Below, one piece after another: positions 14,908 to 28,500 of a DNA stretch of 64,000 nucleotides. The notes beneath the pieces are model-generated. The model saw only the letters and a program-made list of their open reading frames with translations, was not told the origin of the DNA and made no database searches. Each line of letters starts with the position of its first letter. Within the stretch, counting starts at the first letter, position 1. Made by a program: the position numbers and the translations under genes. Origin of the DNA: Lobosporangium transversale. Taxonomy: Eukaryota. The DNA lies in assembly GCF_002105155.1 (NCBI RefSeq), contig NW_019028979.1:1240001-1304000 (forward strand). Reading direction: 5' to 3'.

Positions 14908-15133
14908 TTTAGGGAGATAGTAATGTTTGTTTAGGAGTTGCGGAAGGCGACCAACTTTAAGACGATCTGTGTGACTGCAAATTACCCAATGCAAAATAAA
15001 AGAATTCCTCTCTTCTGCAATTAAAATTAGTTCAAAAAGGACAATATCACGCATTATCACTCAGAGACTTTCCTCCAACCTCCTAAACCTTTCTCCATCA
15101 CTTGCCACGCGTTCATTTCAAAAGCTTAAAAGC
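14908..15133. promoter_or_regulatory. Putative bidirectional promoter between bL9m and frataxin
   Basis: Divergent start codons only 226 bp apart. Confidence 0.6.
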
Positions 15134-16087
15134 ATGTCTACAACTCGTGCCATCACCACCTCTGTAAGACCACTTTTGGCCAATACTAGGGCTAGGCTTA
15201 GCATCAACAATAGCAGCAGACAGCCCTTTCTCTGTCGCCGTTTGCTCTGCTCTGCTTCCTCGCATACATATACCCATCATACTCTTATGAATTCCAGATC
15301 TACTGCTACCTCTTCATCTACTATCCCTATTACCGCTGTTGTTGCGCGATTCATTGGGGCCCCTAGAATGTACAGCTCTTCTACTTCAGGAAAGGAATAT
15401 GTTATCAGGTAAAAATAAAAATAAAAATAAAAAAGCAAGGAGATAAAAAAATAAATAAATAAAAAGATTAATTGATCAACCCTTCACAAGGCCATAAACT
15501 CCTTTGCAATTTCCTCCGCTAACAATAGTAATAATAATTAACTCTCATCTCTTGTTTAGCGACCTGACTGATGATGAGTACCACACAGTATCAGACGGAT
15601 CGATGGATCGAATGGTCGAATACTTTGAGGATCTGGGCGACGAACATGAAATCCCTGGATACGATGTTGAATATCAGGTGAGTTCATGCAAAAAGGTATC
15701 CTAACCATTTTTCTGCTCCCCCACAACCTTACCCTCTTGATTTTAGTTTTAGCTCTATTTTTATTAATTTTGTTTCTTTATAAAAAAAAAAAAAAAAAAA
15801 AAAAAATCATGATCAATCATGATGGCATTGATGATCTTGGATTATAGAGCGGGGTCATGACTCTTAAGCTTGGCGACAAGGGCACTTATGTTGTCAATAA
15901 ACAACCTCCAAATAAGCAACTTTGGTTATCATCGCCTACAACAGGTCCCAAGCGTTATGACTATGATGCTGAACACAAGGCTTGGTTCTATAATCGCGAT
16001 CAACATACACTCAAGCATCTACTGGATACTGAAATCTCAAAGGCTATTGGAATCAATATTAATGTGCCATTAGACTCGAAAAGTTAG
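15134..16087 (+). CDS. YFH1: Frataxin (mitochondrial Fe-S assembly); exons 15134-15408, 15560-15677, 15848-16087
   Basis: [44 protein letters not shown] is the frataxin signature; long basic/hydroxylated presequence. Confidence 0.95.
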
Positions 16088-16342
16088 GACGATTGAAAAG
16101 ATGACAAAGTCTTGAAGATGTTAAAAAGTAAAATAAAATAGTAAAAAAAGATAAACATCAAGCTTGAATTGATTGTTTGAGTATCGATATTTCCATGATG
16201 ATTAAAGAAAAAAAAAGAAAAAAAAAAAAAAGGACCACTACGGCATGTAATAATTTTGGCTTTGTTGTGTAATTTGAATAGTAAGTGTATGGCCACCCCA
16301 ACTAGGAGCATTCTTAAGAGTTTAATATATCCTGATTTGTTT

Positions 16343-18633
16343 TTATACAACAGAATATTCTAGTGGCGTCAAAATACTGTGCTTCGAAAACTCTACGTTT
16401 GATCCATCTGCCACAAGTGAAACCGAAAAAACCTATATGTATTCATTTCCAAAGAAAAAAGAAGTGATAGAGATTGTTGTAGGTTAGTATCCGTTAGGGT
16501 CTCCTTCTGTTCGTCATTGATCCATCGCAACTTTGGTACCCAATTGGATGAAGTGACATACATCAACGTCACAGACAAGTCGCTCGCTCTCAAACTGTAC
16601 AGAGACTGGGAAGAAGCTCTCTACATCCTCGCCTGCACAATTGAACTCCAACGTCCCAGAAGCATTGGATGAGCTGATTGAAGGTAATTGCCAGATCAAC
16701 ACGCTCTGTTGGTGGTCTACAAAGTGCTTTCCATCTGCTTCGCCAACTGTTGGGGTTGCTCCTTGTCTATAGAATCCCGAACACAAAGGAGAGAAAAAAG
16801 AAAGTTAGATTTACTGTCCTGAATCAATAGAATAGTAAACGAACAAGCAGCTATGGTCAATTGAAACTTACGGAAGAGGGATGATAATGTTTACGTTCTT
16901 GAATTCCATTTCTTCATTCTCAAGCTGATATTCAATGTTGACATCGCATGAGCCATCGCCTGCAGGAGATGGCCAGCAATTAACTAGATAGTAAAGTATA
17001 TGCGAAAAAGGAAGCATAGTGTAAGTAATCAAAAAGCCATATACCAATATAAAGGTACAATCATTAAATATTAGGAAAAAAAAAAAAAAAAAAAAACTTA
17101 CTCGATAAAGGAATAGAGCTTTCATCTTTACTGAGGAACCTCCAACGTAATACTCCAGTTGATGTATTGAGAGGAAATTCTTTTGAAGAATCTCTAAATG
17201 CAATAACTTTATCACTATTGAATAGGGCCTTATTCACATTAGGATGGGTCTTGAACTGAATGCTAGGATCATCTAGATGACGAAGCGCAAGGCTGATCTT
17301 GGTTTTTGCTGGATCAGAGACGCGGAGCATCAAATCTCCTTTCACTTCCATGTTCTCCAGTCCGCCGTCTCTGTTAGCCACAACGGTAATCTTTTCCTCA
17401 ATATGAACATGCACACTATCCATAGGGAAATCTGGCTGAGCAGGAGCTGAGTAGTTTTGTGCATGGTATTGTTGCTGTTGTTGCTGTTGTTGCTGTTGTT
17501 GCTGCTGTTGCTGAAGAACAGGCGAGGAATCCGCTTCTGCACGTAATGATTCAAATAAGTCTGCATTGTTTTGCTTGCGTCCCAGCTGCATGCCTCTTGC
17601 TTTTGTTGCGGGAGTCTTGGGAGCACCACTAAAAAAAAAAAAAAAAATCCCGTAGTTGTATTGAGTATTAAAATACGATTATTTATAAATAAAACCAGTT
17701 CCAAATGTTAACTGCAATGGCTTTCAATCAATTGCTTTCTTTGCTTCGTACCTAAACCGAGAGTCATCCTGAGTGAATGAGGGTGAAACAAAGCCTTGAT
17801 TGCCGCCGATATCTTCAATGCCTCCTATGCCAGACTGACCACCAAAACCCATGGAACTGCTCTGACCATATCCACCACTCATGCCCATACCCATACCTAC
17901 ACCCATACCTGAACCATATGGGCTTCCCATGCCAGACATGTTCCTCTTTTGTTCCTTCCTTTGTATATCCAGCAGCTTGGCACGTCTCTTGAGTTCCTCT
18001 TTGGCTTCACGCTCCTTATTCTATACGACATAGCATTGGAAAAAAAGCAATGTTGGCACTCAGTTGCCAACTTTAACATCATGCGAATCTAGGCTGATGT
18101 ATCCCTTCTTACCTTTTCAATCATCTCTTGGACCTTTTCTTCGTGACTTTCCATCTCTGAAATGCTGATGACCTGAGCAAGGTTGACATTTTCTCTATAA
18201 CCGAGTGAGACGATCTCATCAAACGAGCCTAACAATTCAAATGCGTTTCTATCAATCTCATGCGCGTCCGTTGGTCTGCAAGTGGCCGAGACAACACGAG
18301 AGACCAATTGAAGTGTGTCAATATCTAAAATATTAAGGAGAAAAAAAACCGCTATATCAGTATATGAATAGCATATTTGTGGATGTTGATATATATAGAA
18401 TCGATTTCCTTTTCACCTTGCAGGATATTGGATTGTTTGTTGGTGATGAGGATAATAAAGAGTTCCTCTAGAGGCTGGTAAACATATCGAACATGTTCAG
18501 TTTCGATTGTTGTATGTTGTTGGTCTGAGCCTGTCAGCTTTGGGAATGAAGCGATAAGACCCTCGATTCTCGCACGCGTCATTTCCCTGAACTGACGTGA
18601 AATAAGAGCTTAAAAGATAAGCAAAAGAAGCAT

Positions 18634-18669
<36 letters not shown>

Positions 18670-18907
18670 CATGCGAAAGGAACAAACAAATAAATAAAAA
18701 ATAAAAATAAAAATAAAAATAAAAATAAAAAGCTTTCAAATCCTTAGAAAATACCTTTCCCACTCTTTGTGCAAACAGAGATAGCAAGCACGACCTAGAA
18801 CCATAGTGAGCATGAAAGAGTAGTATAGATCAGCTTGTTTTGTTTAGTCATTATGGATGCATAAAGGGTAGTTCCTGAGAAGACATTTTTGACGCGTTGT
18901 ATACCAT
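16343..18907 (-). CDS. RET2: Coatomer subunit delta; exons 18907-18905 (ATG only), 18794-18755, 18608-18417, 18324-18113, 18020-17752, 17628-17102, 16983-16872, 16766-16562, 16432-16343
   Basis: [85 protein letters not shown]. All junctions are GT-AG and in frame. Confidence 0.95.
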
Positions 18908-19468
18908 TGTTAAAAAAATAGAATTGGTAGGAGCTTAATGCACAGATGGGATTTAAATAAATGAGCAAGTGAGTAAAGGGATGGAGGAATGAATAACCAA
19001 GAGATGGTATATTTTTTTTATAAAAAAAAAAAAAAAAAAAAAAGAAAGTGTCAAGCTGGACAAGGATGAAATAAAATAAAAGAGATTTTTAATGAGGAAC
19101 ATGAGGGACAGGCATTGTCTCTTCGTGATCCGATGTCCATTCAGCCTGGTCTGTGGCCCATGCGAAAGTTCCACCAATTCAGCGTGATTGTTTGGATTGT
19201 TTGCTAAAATGTTACGTACATGTACAATTATAACTCCTCTCTCTTATCTCAACCACATAGAAACATGCTACCAATGCTTCCATTACTCTTTAGCAGACCG
19301 GTCAATGGTCAGAGCCTTGGAAGGTGACTTCTAGACTAAAATAAAAGACACTATTCTTGCCAATCCTCTCCATTAGTCCCCACTCAGACCCTGTTTTTTT
19401 TTTTTTTTTTTTTTTTTTTAATTCTAACAAACACCATATGTCATGTTTAGAAAAATAGTCATGTCTAT

Positions 19469-21545
19469 CTACAACTTGGCGCCATACATCATTGATGCAA
19501 CCTATTAAAAAAAAAAAAAGAAAAGAAGCATATGGCAATTAGAATCATACTTTAAATTGTAGACGATGAACAAACAAAGTTTGCCTCTTTTGCTTACCTT
19601 CATACTCTGACGCATGCCAAGATCCAACATAATTTCTTCCGATCCTCCAGGGATAGCATAGGCACGGACTTCACGATAGATACGCTCCACCTTCTCTCCC
19701 TGTCCACCACGTGTGTAGGCCAGACCTCCAAAGATCTGAGATGCCTCACGAGCGCAATACTCCAATGTTTGTGTCGACTGAGCCTTGAGCAGCGCAATGG
19801 GACCACCCAACTTGATCATCTGGAGATCTTCGGGCATGGTCATCGTTTGGTAAATTACATTCTCCATCCATGCGTGTGTTGCTTCAATCTGACGCGCCAT
19901 ATGCGCCAACTTGTTACGCAATACAGGGTGGTTGACTAGCTTGACACCGAAGGTCTTACGCTTACTACCATACTTGATAGCTTCTTCCAAGCAGACACGA
20001 GCCAGACGTGTCGCCTGTGTGACAATACCCATGCGCTCATGGTTGAAGTTGTCGACAATGTACTTGAATCCACGGTTCTCTTTGCCAACGAGATTACCCT
20101 TGGGGACCAATACATCCTCAAAGTTGATATAGGCCGTACCTGAAGACCAGACTCCAGAGCACTTCATGTGACGGGTGCTGACACCAGGCATGGTACGTTC
20201 GATCACCATGAGGGAGACACCGCCCATACCCTCACCACCTGTGCGTACAGCAACTGTAAAGTAGTCCGCAAAGGTACCGTTGGTGATCCATTTCTTTTCA
20301 CCGTTGACAATGTATCCGTCATTGGCCTCATTTGCCACTGTAGTCAAGTTGGCAACGTCAGAACCAGCAGCAGGTTCAGTAATAGCCAAGCAGATGGTCT
20401 TGCGACCAGCCAGGCATTCTGGAACAATACGACGCCTCAACTCTTCAGAGCCATATTTAATGACTGGCGGGAGACCAATTCCGAGTCCACCACAGAGACC
20501 CCAGAGGACTCCACCAGATCCACAACGTGCGAGCTCATCGCTGACAATAAAGGAATGGAAAGCATCCCATACTGCTGGGTCAACAACAGCATCTTTACCG
20601 CCCTTGAAGAGCGTAGTCTCTTCAGGATCAAAGTATTCAAGAGGCAAGTGTCCTGTTCCAGCAATGACAGCGAGGATGCCCATGGCGGCACACTTCTTGA
20701 ACAGCGAGTTGGGAACTTGCTTGGCCTCGTCCCATTCATGGACGAAAGGCATGATTTCCGCTTCGACAAATGCACGCATCACACGGCGGAGTCTACGATG
20801 GGTGGCATTGTAGTAAGGGCTGCCCCACTGTTGGTACCAGGATGGATCACCGAACGGGACCATATCGCCAAATTGCATCTCATCATCTTCATCGTTTGCT
20901 GTGGAAGCAGGTGCAGCCTCGACATTTTCTTTAGGAGGCTCGCCAATGACACCAATGCAAAGAGCGCCGTAATTCTTGAGGACATCTAGTAAAGAGAACC
21001 ATAATTAATTAATCGACTGAAAGAAAAAAAAAAAAAAAAAAAAAAAACTTGTCAAAATCCAAACACGTTCTTCTTACTTGGATTATGAAATGCGTCGAAT
21101 TGCTTAGTGGCATCTGTGCCAGCGTTTTTAAGAATAATTTTCTAGAGGTGTTGAAAAGAAAAAGGGACAGCAGAGTGTCAATAAGTGATGAATGACAATT
21201 TAATGGCCATTCTTTATTCATCTCAACTGCCATCTCATTCCATTGAAGCCAAGCCCATTCCTAAGGTTCATTCTCCACATGCACACATAAACGCTCCAAA
21301 GTTTTCAAGTCCGACAAACGTTTTCTCGAGTAAACTTTAGACGTTACGTCCAAGTTTTTTTTTTTTTTTTTTCTTTTTTCTTTTTTTTGTTTTCTTTAAT
21401 AGAATTGCATACCTTTCCTCCAGGATGTTCGTTCAAAAAAGCGGTTACATCGTATACTTTATCGTGAATAATCACCCAGCAATCATTCTATAAGATCCGA
21501 TGTAGGTTTATAAAAAAATGATGTTTCTCTAGTCAGTCAATCTTT

Positions 21546-21589
<44 letters not shown>

Positions 21590-21671
21590 GACGCGTCCTG
21601 AAAACAAGTCAATCAAGTACCTCAGAATTGTGGGCCGCAACCTGGCTGACAGAGAAGTATCCTGTGGTCAT
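19469..21671 (-). CDS. Cytochrome b5 domain / acyl-CoA dehydrogenase fusion, peroxisomal (C-terminal AKL); exons 21671-21621, 21487-21413, 21141-21078, 20985-19598, 19501-19469
   Basis: N-terminal [31 protein letters not shown]...[13 protein letters not shown] (b5 heme ligands). ACAD motifs [38 protein letters not shown]. The last exon encodes [10 protein letters not shown]. Confidence 0.92.
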
Positions 21672-24600
21672 GATAGGAAGAGAGTGGTCTTGTCTATGTT
21701 CAAAAAAGGATTCAAGACGAGACTTGAATTGATAACGAAGAGGGAAATTGAAGTCTGAGATGGTGGAAAATGTCTAAGATAAAACACTATTCACTCAAAA
21801 CTAGAAAAGAAAAGAAAAGAAAAAAAAAGTGAACAACACAGAAGAGAATAGGGGCTCTGTTGGTTGAAGAAGAATCACAGGAACGGAATAAACAAATGTG
21901 AAGGAAGAGATAAAAAAAAAAAAATAAAAAAAAAAAAAAAGCAGAAAAGGAACGTTAAAGGCGCAGGTTTTGTGGAGGAAAAAAAAAACTCGGTGCTCTC
22001 GTTCTCGGTATTTTAGACCGAGGAGAAACAACATTGTCTTGAGTGCTTATGGTGCTTGTACCACCATCTTCCTTATGCAAATGACCAACATTTCATGTGA
22101 ATAACAGGATCAGTGTCGCACCATCTCCATATACCTCTCAAAGTGTCATCTGTTGACGAGGGAGGACTTCCTTGCATTGATATTGTATTAGAAGCGCCAA
22201 CTGACCTTACCTGTATACAATAAAAAAACAAGAAAAAAAAAAAAGAAAGCATTTTGCAAGGGATACAGTATCAAATATGCGCTCGGAGTAATGTGGTGGT
22301 CCTAGAGTCTTAGAAGAGAAAAGAAAAGAAAAAAAAGATACATTTATTGAGTTTTGAGAAGCTTCTTCGGCTGGGAGAGCACAGTGAAATCCGTTTTACT
22401 GGCACTTCCTGTCGGGTGTAACCATCTCCTATTCATGTGTATCCATGTCAATTTTATTTCATGCAAAAAAAATAGGCCATGCACCTTGAATTGTTGATTG
22501 ATAATAACGTTCGAAAATGGGTCCTTGTTATGGTTTCAGTTGGACTGGACCTACATTTCATCAATCTACATGTTTCATGTCAATATGCCACCAAACTTGG
22601 CGGTGCAGATAACACAATGAGTACAGGAAGTAAAGAAACGTGAGGAGCAAGAGTTGTACTGCTTCCTCTTCAACTCCATGTCCTTGTCCTATTTCTTCTT
22701 GAGGCATATACCCTGAAAGGAAACTTTGTGCTTTGTAAGTATGTCTTTAGCACATGTATTTGTTTCAAAGGTAGGGCTAATGAAAAGACTTAATCTGATA
22801 CTAGACAAGTGCCGTATATTACTCACATATAAAGAACTACTTCCATGCAACCTTAATTGTTATTAAGCTCGTAAAAGAACCCTGAATCCCTAAAATAAAC
22901 GCTCTCCAACTTGGCCCATCCTTTGTTATACTTTGCCATCAAAGCTCGAGAAAATAGCGATAATTTATAAAATAGCGGATCGAAGAGATCGGCATTTTAG
23001 GAAAGTATAAAATAAAGGCACAATGAAGGCGAACTGGTGAGTTTTTAAACAAATGAATAAAAAAAGATTGTTCGTAGTGCATGCAGGATGACAGCAAAGT
23101 ACATGTATAGATCTTTATTTCATTTTAGCTGTCAGTTTCTATGCTCATCAACTTGTCCCAGTTTGTATATAAAATTAGAGTCAATTGTTTTCCAAATGGG
23201 GAAACTCTGCCGTGGCTGCCGATTTCCTTTTTTTAAACTCCACTTTCTCTTCGGAAAAATTTATCCCACACCATAAAAAAAAAAAAAAAAAAGTCCCACC
23301 CTGACAAATCAAGTTTTTTTTTTTTTTTTTTACTCTCTCATTGAGTTTGAGACTAACAATGATCCGTCTCATTATGGAGTAGAGAAAAGAAAACAAGAGA
23401 AAAAGGAAAGGTATACAGGAATGAAACCGGCCTAAATAAATTATTCGTAATCAGAGACCAGTTCACTGATGTAGCAGATCCTTTTCAACATTACAAATCG
23501 AGGCAAGCAAGCGATAAGAAAAGCAAAAAAAAAAAAAAAAAAATGAATCAGGAAGAGCAGGATGCAGGAGTCGATTGTTAAAAGTTCAAGTCCGTGGTAA
23601 AGAAAACATAACGGGGACGGGGGAATGGGGAATGGGAAATGGGGGGAATGAAAGATAAAAGGTAAATGCAACGTGGTACATTCGATGCAGCTCTACTTGT
23701 TTTATGATCTCCGAACGGCCTTTTAGAAAACCCTTTCACCCTATCTTTTCCTCGTAATGGCACAGTCTATCCATATTAAAAAGTATAAAAAATATATATA
23801 TATAACAATGGTATATATATATATATATATATATATAAATATACATATATTAATATATATATACCTTGTTCTACTCCCGTGCATGTATGCCATGCAGGTT
23901 GCTATTGATAGAATAGAGAAACAGTCGTCTATGAAAGAAATAAAAAGCCCGACTGAAGTTGTGGCTTTTGCAGTCGATTAAAAAAAATGCCGTATATGAA
24001 AAAGAAAATCAGCCTGAGGGCTGATCAGGAAAGAGCATAGAAAATAAGAAAAAAAAAAAAAAAAAAAAAAATACTGGCAAGGAAATATTCTGGTGAGATG
24101 CTGAGGGAGGAGACTGGATGAAGGTAGAGGACACTCCTTATTATCAAGTTCACTTTTAACCGGGACTGAATTATAAAAAAAAAAAGAAAAAGAAAAAAGA
24201 AAAAAAATATCTTAAAGCTATTTTTGCCTCCTTCCTTGCCTGCCCTTCGTTCCCTTTCTTGATGCAGGTGGAGAAAACTTTTTTTTTTTTTCTTCGCCCT
24301 ATAATGAGTTGACACACACATATATATATATATGTAGCCTATATAGGACTTATAAGATGAATGATACAAAGAGAATGGAATCCAACAAATTACGGGTGAT
24401 AGAAAATGCGTCTCAGCACTATATTATTATATATAACATGTACATTTTTCAAAAAATAAATAAAATAAGTGTGAGCGTGTGGAGCTGAACAATGGTGGAG
24501 AAAGAGTTTGATATGTTGTGAACATATTGCATGTTGCGCCCAATTGGATGTGTGAGAAGGATGAAAGGGAAAGAAGATGATCAGTTTAATGGGGAAAATT

Positions 24601-25567
24601 AAACCCGGTTGCCATTGAGCAAACGTGGGACACGGTGGCAAGGATGATCAACTTTTTTATACTTTCAGTCGATGCTCAATTGGTTCCTATAATATATTAC
24701 GAATGACTAGGCTTTATCTGCCGTGAATGATCCCCCTGAGATACTTAGGATGAACAGGCTAATTGACTTTTGAATACAATATTGTTTGACTTTAATCTGC
24801 TATTACCCCTCCTGTCTCTCTGTTTCTACTCCTTGTCAAAGAGAGGTGTCTATCTACTTTCTCTCTACCCCCGGGAGGAGTTTAGCCTTTGGTCCCTTAT
24901 TAATCAGGCATTAGGTTCTTACAAGTATGGCTCTAAATATATATGACTATGATATTATCAATTTCTTCTTCGGGAATAAGAGGTGCCGGCCATATATTTG
25001 ATTGAATACCAAACCAATTCAATCCAAGTATACAGAAGTATCAAAAGTTAAAAATTTATTTCCACTAAATCGAATGTCCGACTTCTTTTTTAAAATTAAA
25101 ACCGCTGGTTCTATCGTATTCGAGCATTGACAGAGGAGGGAGAAAAACTCGCCTTATCAACAGTTACGGCATCGGGTAAATGGATAAACAACAGCAATGG
25201 ACAAAAAAAAAAATATAAAAAGCTGGTTGTTTTCTCTAGTATTTTTTTTTTTCTTCTTTTTCTTCATCATTTCTTCATCATTTCTTCATCATCATCTCCC
25301 TTATTACCATTATTTTTTTTTTTTTTTTTCTTCATTCTTTGTATTTTACTTAATACCAACGCATAGACAACAAAAAAGCATCATTTTCACTTGCATTTTG
25401 TAACACTCATTCACGCTCTCCACTCCTTTACCCTTGTTTATTCTGCACTCCACTTTATTTAAGCAGCACAGCAATCCCCCCAAACGTGTGTAACGCATTA
25501 TTGAACACCGGTTTATTTTATTCCCTATTTTCATTTCTCCACTCCCTACTCATTTTAAACAAACATA

Positions 25568-28500
25568 ATGACGAACCCAAGTGAAAAGGACTTGGGACAG
25601 CCCCATGGTATCTTACGCAACGCTTCCCCTTATGCACAACAACAACGAGAAACCATCATCTCGCTCAATGACAGTGAAAAGACTGTTGAAAATGAGGAGG
25701 ATGAAGATGAAGACAACGAGCACTCTGAAGGCGGCACTTATGAAGATGCCATCAGTGGTCGCTGGGGTGAAGGCCCTTCTCGTGTCAATGTCGTTAACGC
25801 AGAGAAGGACTTTAAGAACTTGGAACGTCAGCTTACCCGTCGATCTTCCATCTATCGCACTCAAACCGGTGAAAAAGTTCTTGGTGATAATGGTGATTTC
25901 GATCTGACCAATTATCTTCAGGACATCATCCCCCGTGCTGACGATGCTGGAATCAAGCGTCGTAACCTTGGTGTTGTCTGGGAAAACTTGGAAGTCTTGG
26001 GCGAGGGAGTAGGTGCTCAATACATCAAGACCTTTGCTGATCCTTTCATCGGTCTTTCCAATCTCATCAACCCTTACTTTTGGGCCAAGAAGGCCTTCTC
26101 CAAACAATCCTCCCAACCAAAGTCTATCACCAAGACCATTCTCCACCCTATGAATGGATACTGCAAGGATGGAGAGATGATCCTAGTCCTCGGTCGTCCT
26201 GGTGCTGGATGCTCAACCCTCTTGCGTGTCCTTGCTAATGACCGCAAGAACTATAAGGAGGTCAGCGGTGAAGTCACCTACGGACCCTTCACCGCCCATG
26301 AAATCGCTCTTCATCATCGTGGTGAAGTCTTGTATAACCAAGAAGGTAACCCTTTATACTTAATTCGCCTTTATCTTTTAGAGAGAGAGTTGAAGAGATA
26401 TAAAACAATTTTTGCTAATGTAATACTTTTTGTTCTTTATTTTATCAGATGATTTCCATTACCCAACATTGACCGTCCGTCAGACCTTGACTACAGCCTT
26501 GAAGACCAAGACCCCTGGCAAGCGTCTTCCTGAGCAGTCTCACAAGAAGCAATTCGTTGACGAATTCTTGGACGTCCTCACCAAAATGTACGGTTTGACC
26601 AAACAGATTGAGACTGTCGTCGGTAATGCCTTCATCCGTGGTGTTTCTGGAGGAGAGCGCAAGCGTTTGTCCATTGCAGAGCAGATGGCGACCCGCTCAT
26701 CCGTCAACATGTGGGATGGCTCCACTCGTGGTCTCGATGCCTCCTCTGCTCTCGACTACGTCAAGTCTCTCCGTGTCATGACCAACTTGATGAAGAAGGC
26801 TACCATGGTTTCTATCTATCAAGCTGTAAGTGTTTGCATATATATCTATTTTGTTATATCCTTGCAAAAAAAAAAAAAAAAAAAAAAAAGCGTATTGACT
26901 AATTGATAAACATGTCTCACATTGGTACGATTCTAGTCCGAAAACATCTATGATCTCTTCGACAAGGTCATTCTCCTCTATGAAGGTCGCTGCATCTACT
27001 TTGGTCCTGCCAACGAGGCACGCCAATACTTCATCAACCTTGGCTTTGAATGCCCTAGCCGTCAGACAACTGCTGACTTCTTGACTGCTGTGACTGATCC
27101 CCATGAGCGTAAGCCTCGTCCAGGTTTTGAGGGCAGGGTCCCCAATACTCCCAAGCAGTTTGAGGATGCATTCAGGGCCTCATCCTTTTACACCACAGTC
27201 GAGAAAAACCGTATCGAATACCAGACCTCTGTTAGTGAACACATTCCTGCAGCCCACTTCAAGGAGGCCACCAAACAGGTTAAGCAGAAACATGTCTCAG
27301 TCAAGAATCCTTATACCATCTCTTTTGCAGGCCAGGTCAAGGTTTTGACTGTGCGCCAGATTCAGCTCACCCGTGGAGACATGACCTCGGTCGTTTCTCG
27401 TTATGCCTCTAATGTAAGATATATATATATATATATATATATACATGCTTAAACATGGAGCTACAAAAATGATCAAGAGCTAACAGCTTTCTTTATTTTT
27501 TTTTTTTTTTATGAATTGTTAACAACAGGTTATCAAAGCTATTATTGTCGGATCTGTCTTCTTCAAACTTCATACCGATGGCAACGGTGCCTTCACTCGT
27601 GGAGGTGTCCTGTTCTTTGCTCTTTTGTTCAATGCCCTGATTTCTCAAGCCGAACTTCCCTCAGCTCTGCAAGGTCGCCCCATCTTGTATAAGCACAAGG
27701 GCTTTGCCATGTACCGTCCCTCTGCCTTTGCCATTGCCCAGATTGTTGTTGATATCCCCTTGATTATTGCCCAGGTTGTTCTCTTCTCCGTTGTCTTGTA
27801 CTTCATGTCCGGCTTGCAACTCGAAGCAGGCAAATTCTTCTTCTTCTGTCTGGTCCTGTTCTTAGCCGCGTTCTGTATGACTGCCTTCTTCCGTATGTGG
27901 GCTGCAGTCTCCTCCACCTTCGATGCTGCCTCTCGTAACTCGGGTCTGCTTCTCTTGGCTTTGATCTTGTATTCTGGATATATGATTCCCTATCAATCCA
28001 TGCATCCTTGGTTCGTCTGGATCTTCTGGATCAATCCCCTGGCCTATGCTTTCAAAGCTTTGATCTCCAATGAAATGCGTGGTCTTCAGTTTGATTGCTC
28101 TGGTTACACCATGATCCCCTCTGGTCCTTCCTACAATGATGTCCAGTACCAGGTCTGCTCTCTTGCTGGTTCCAAGCCCGGAATGACTTATGTCGATGGC
28201 TCTGATTATCTGTATGCTGCCTACCGCTACAAGACTGCTGATATGTGGTGGGATGTCCTTGCTGTCTTCTTGTTCTGGTTGCTCTTTGTTGCCATCACCT
28301 GCTTGGCTCTTGAAAAGATTGAGTTTGGCAAAGGTGGTTTCTCAACCAACGTTTTCAAGAAGGGCTCTGTCACTATCAACAACAAGCCTCAGGACGAAGA
28401 GTCTGGTCTTGCTTCTGCCGGTCCTCTCTCTGCTTCTGCCTCGACTATCGAAGCCTCGAACCCTGCTACATCTGGCGGCCGTGCCAAAAACTCTGGTATT

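Noticed and set aside
20168..20989. Long antisense ORFs over ACAD (also 28594-29733 over the PDR gene and several over PAB1)
   Set aside because: Expected by-product of strong codon bias in highly expressed genes; no recognisable protein features.
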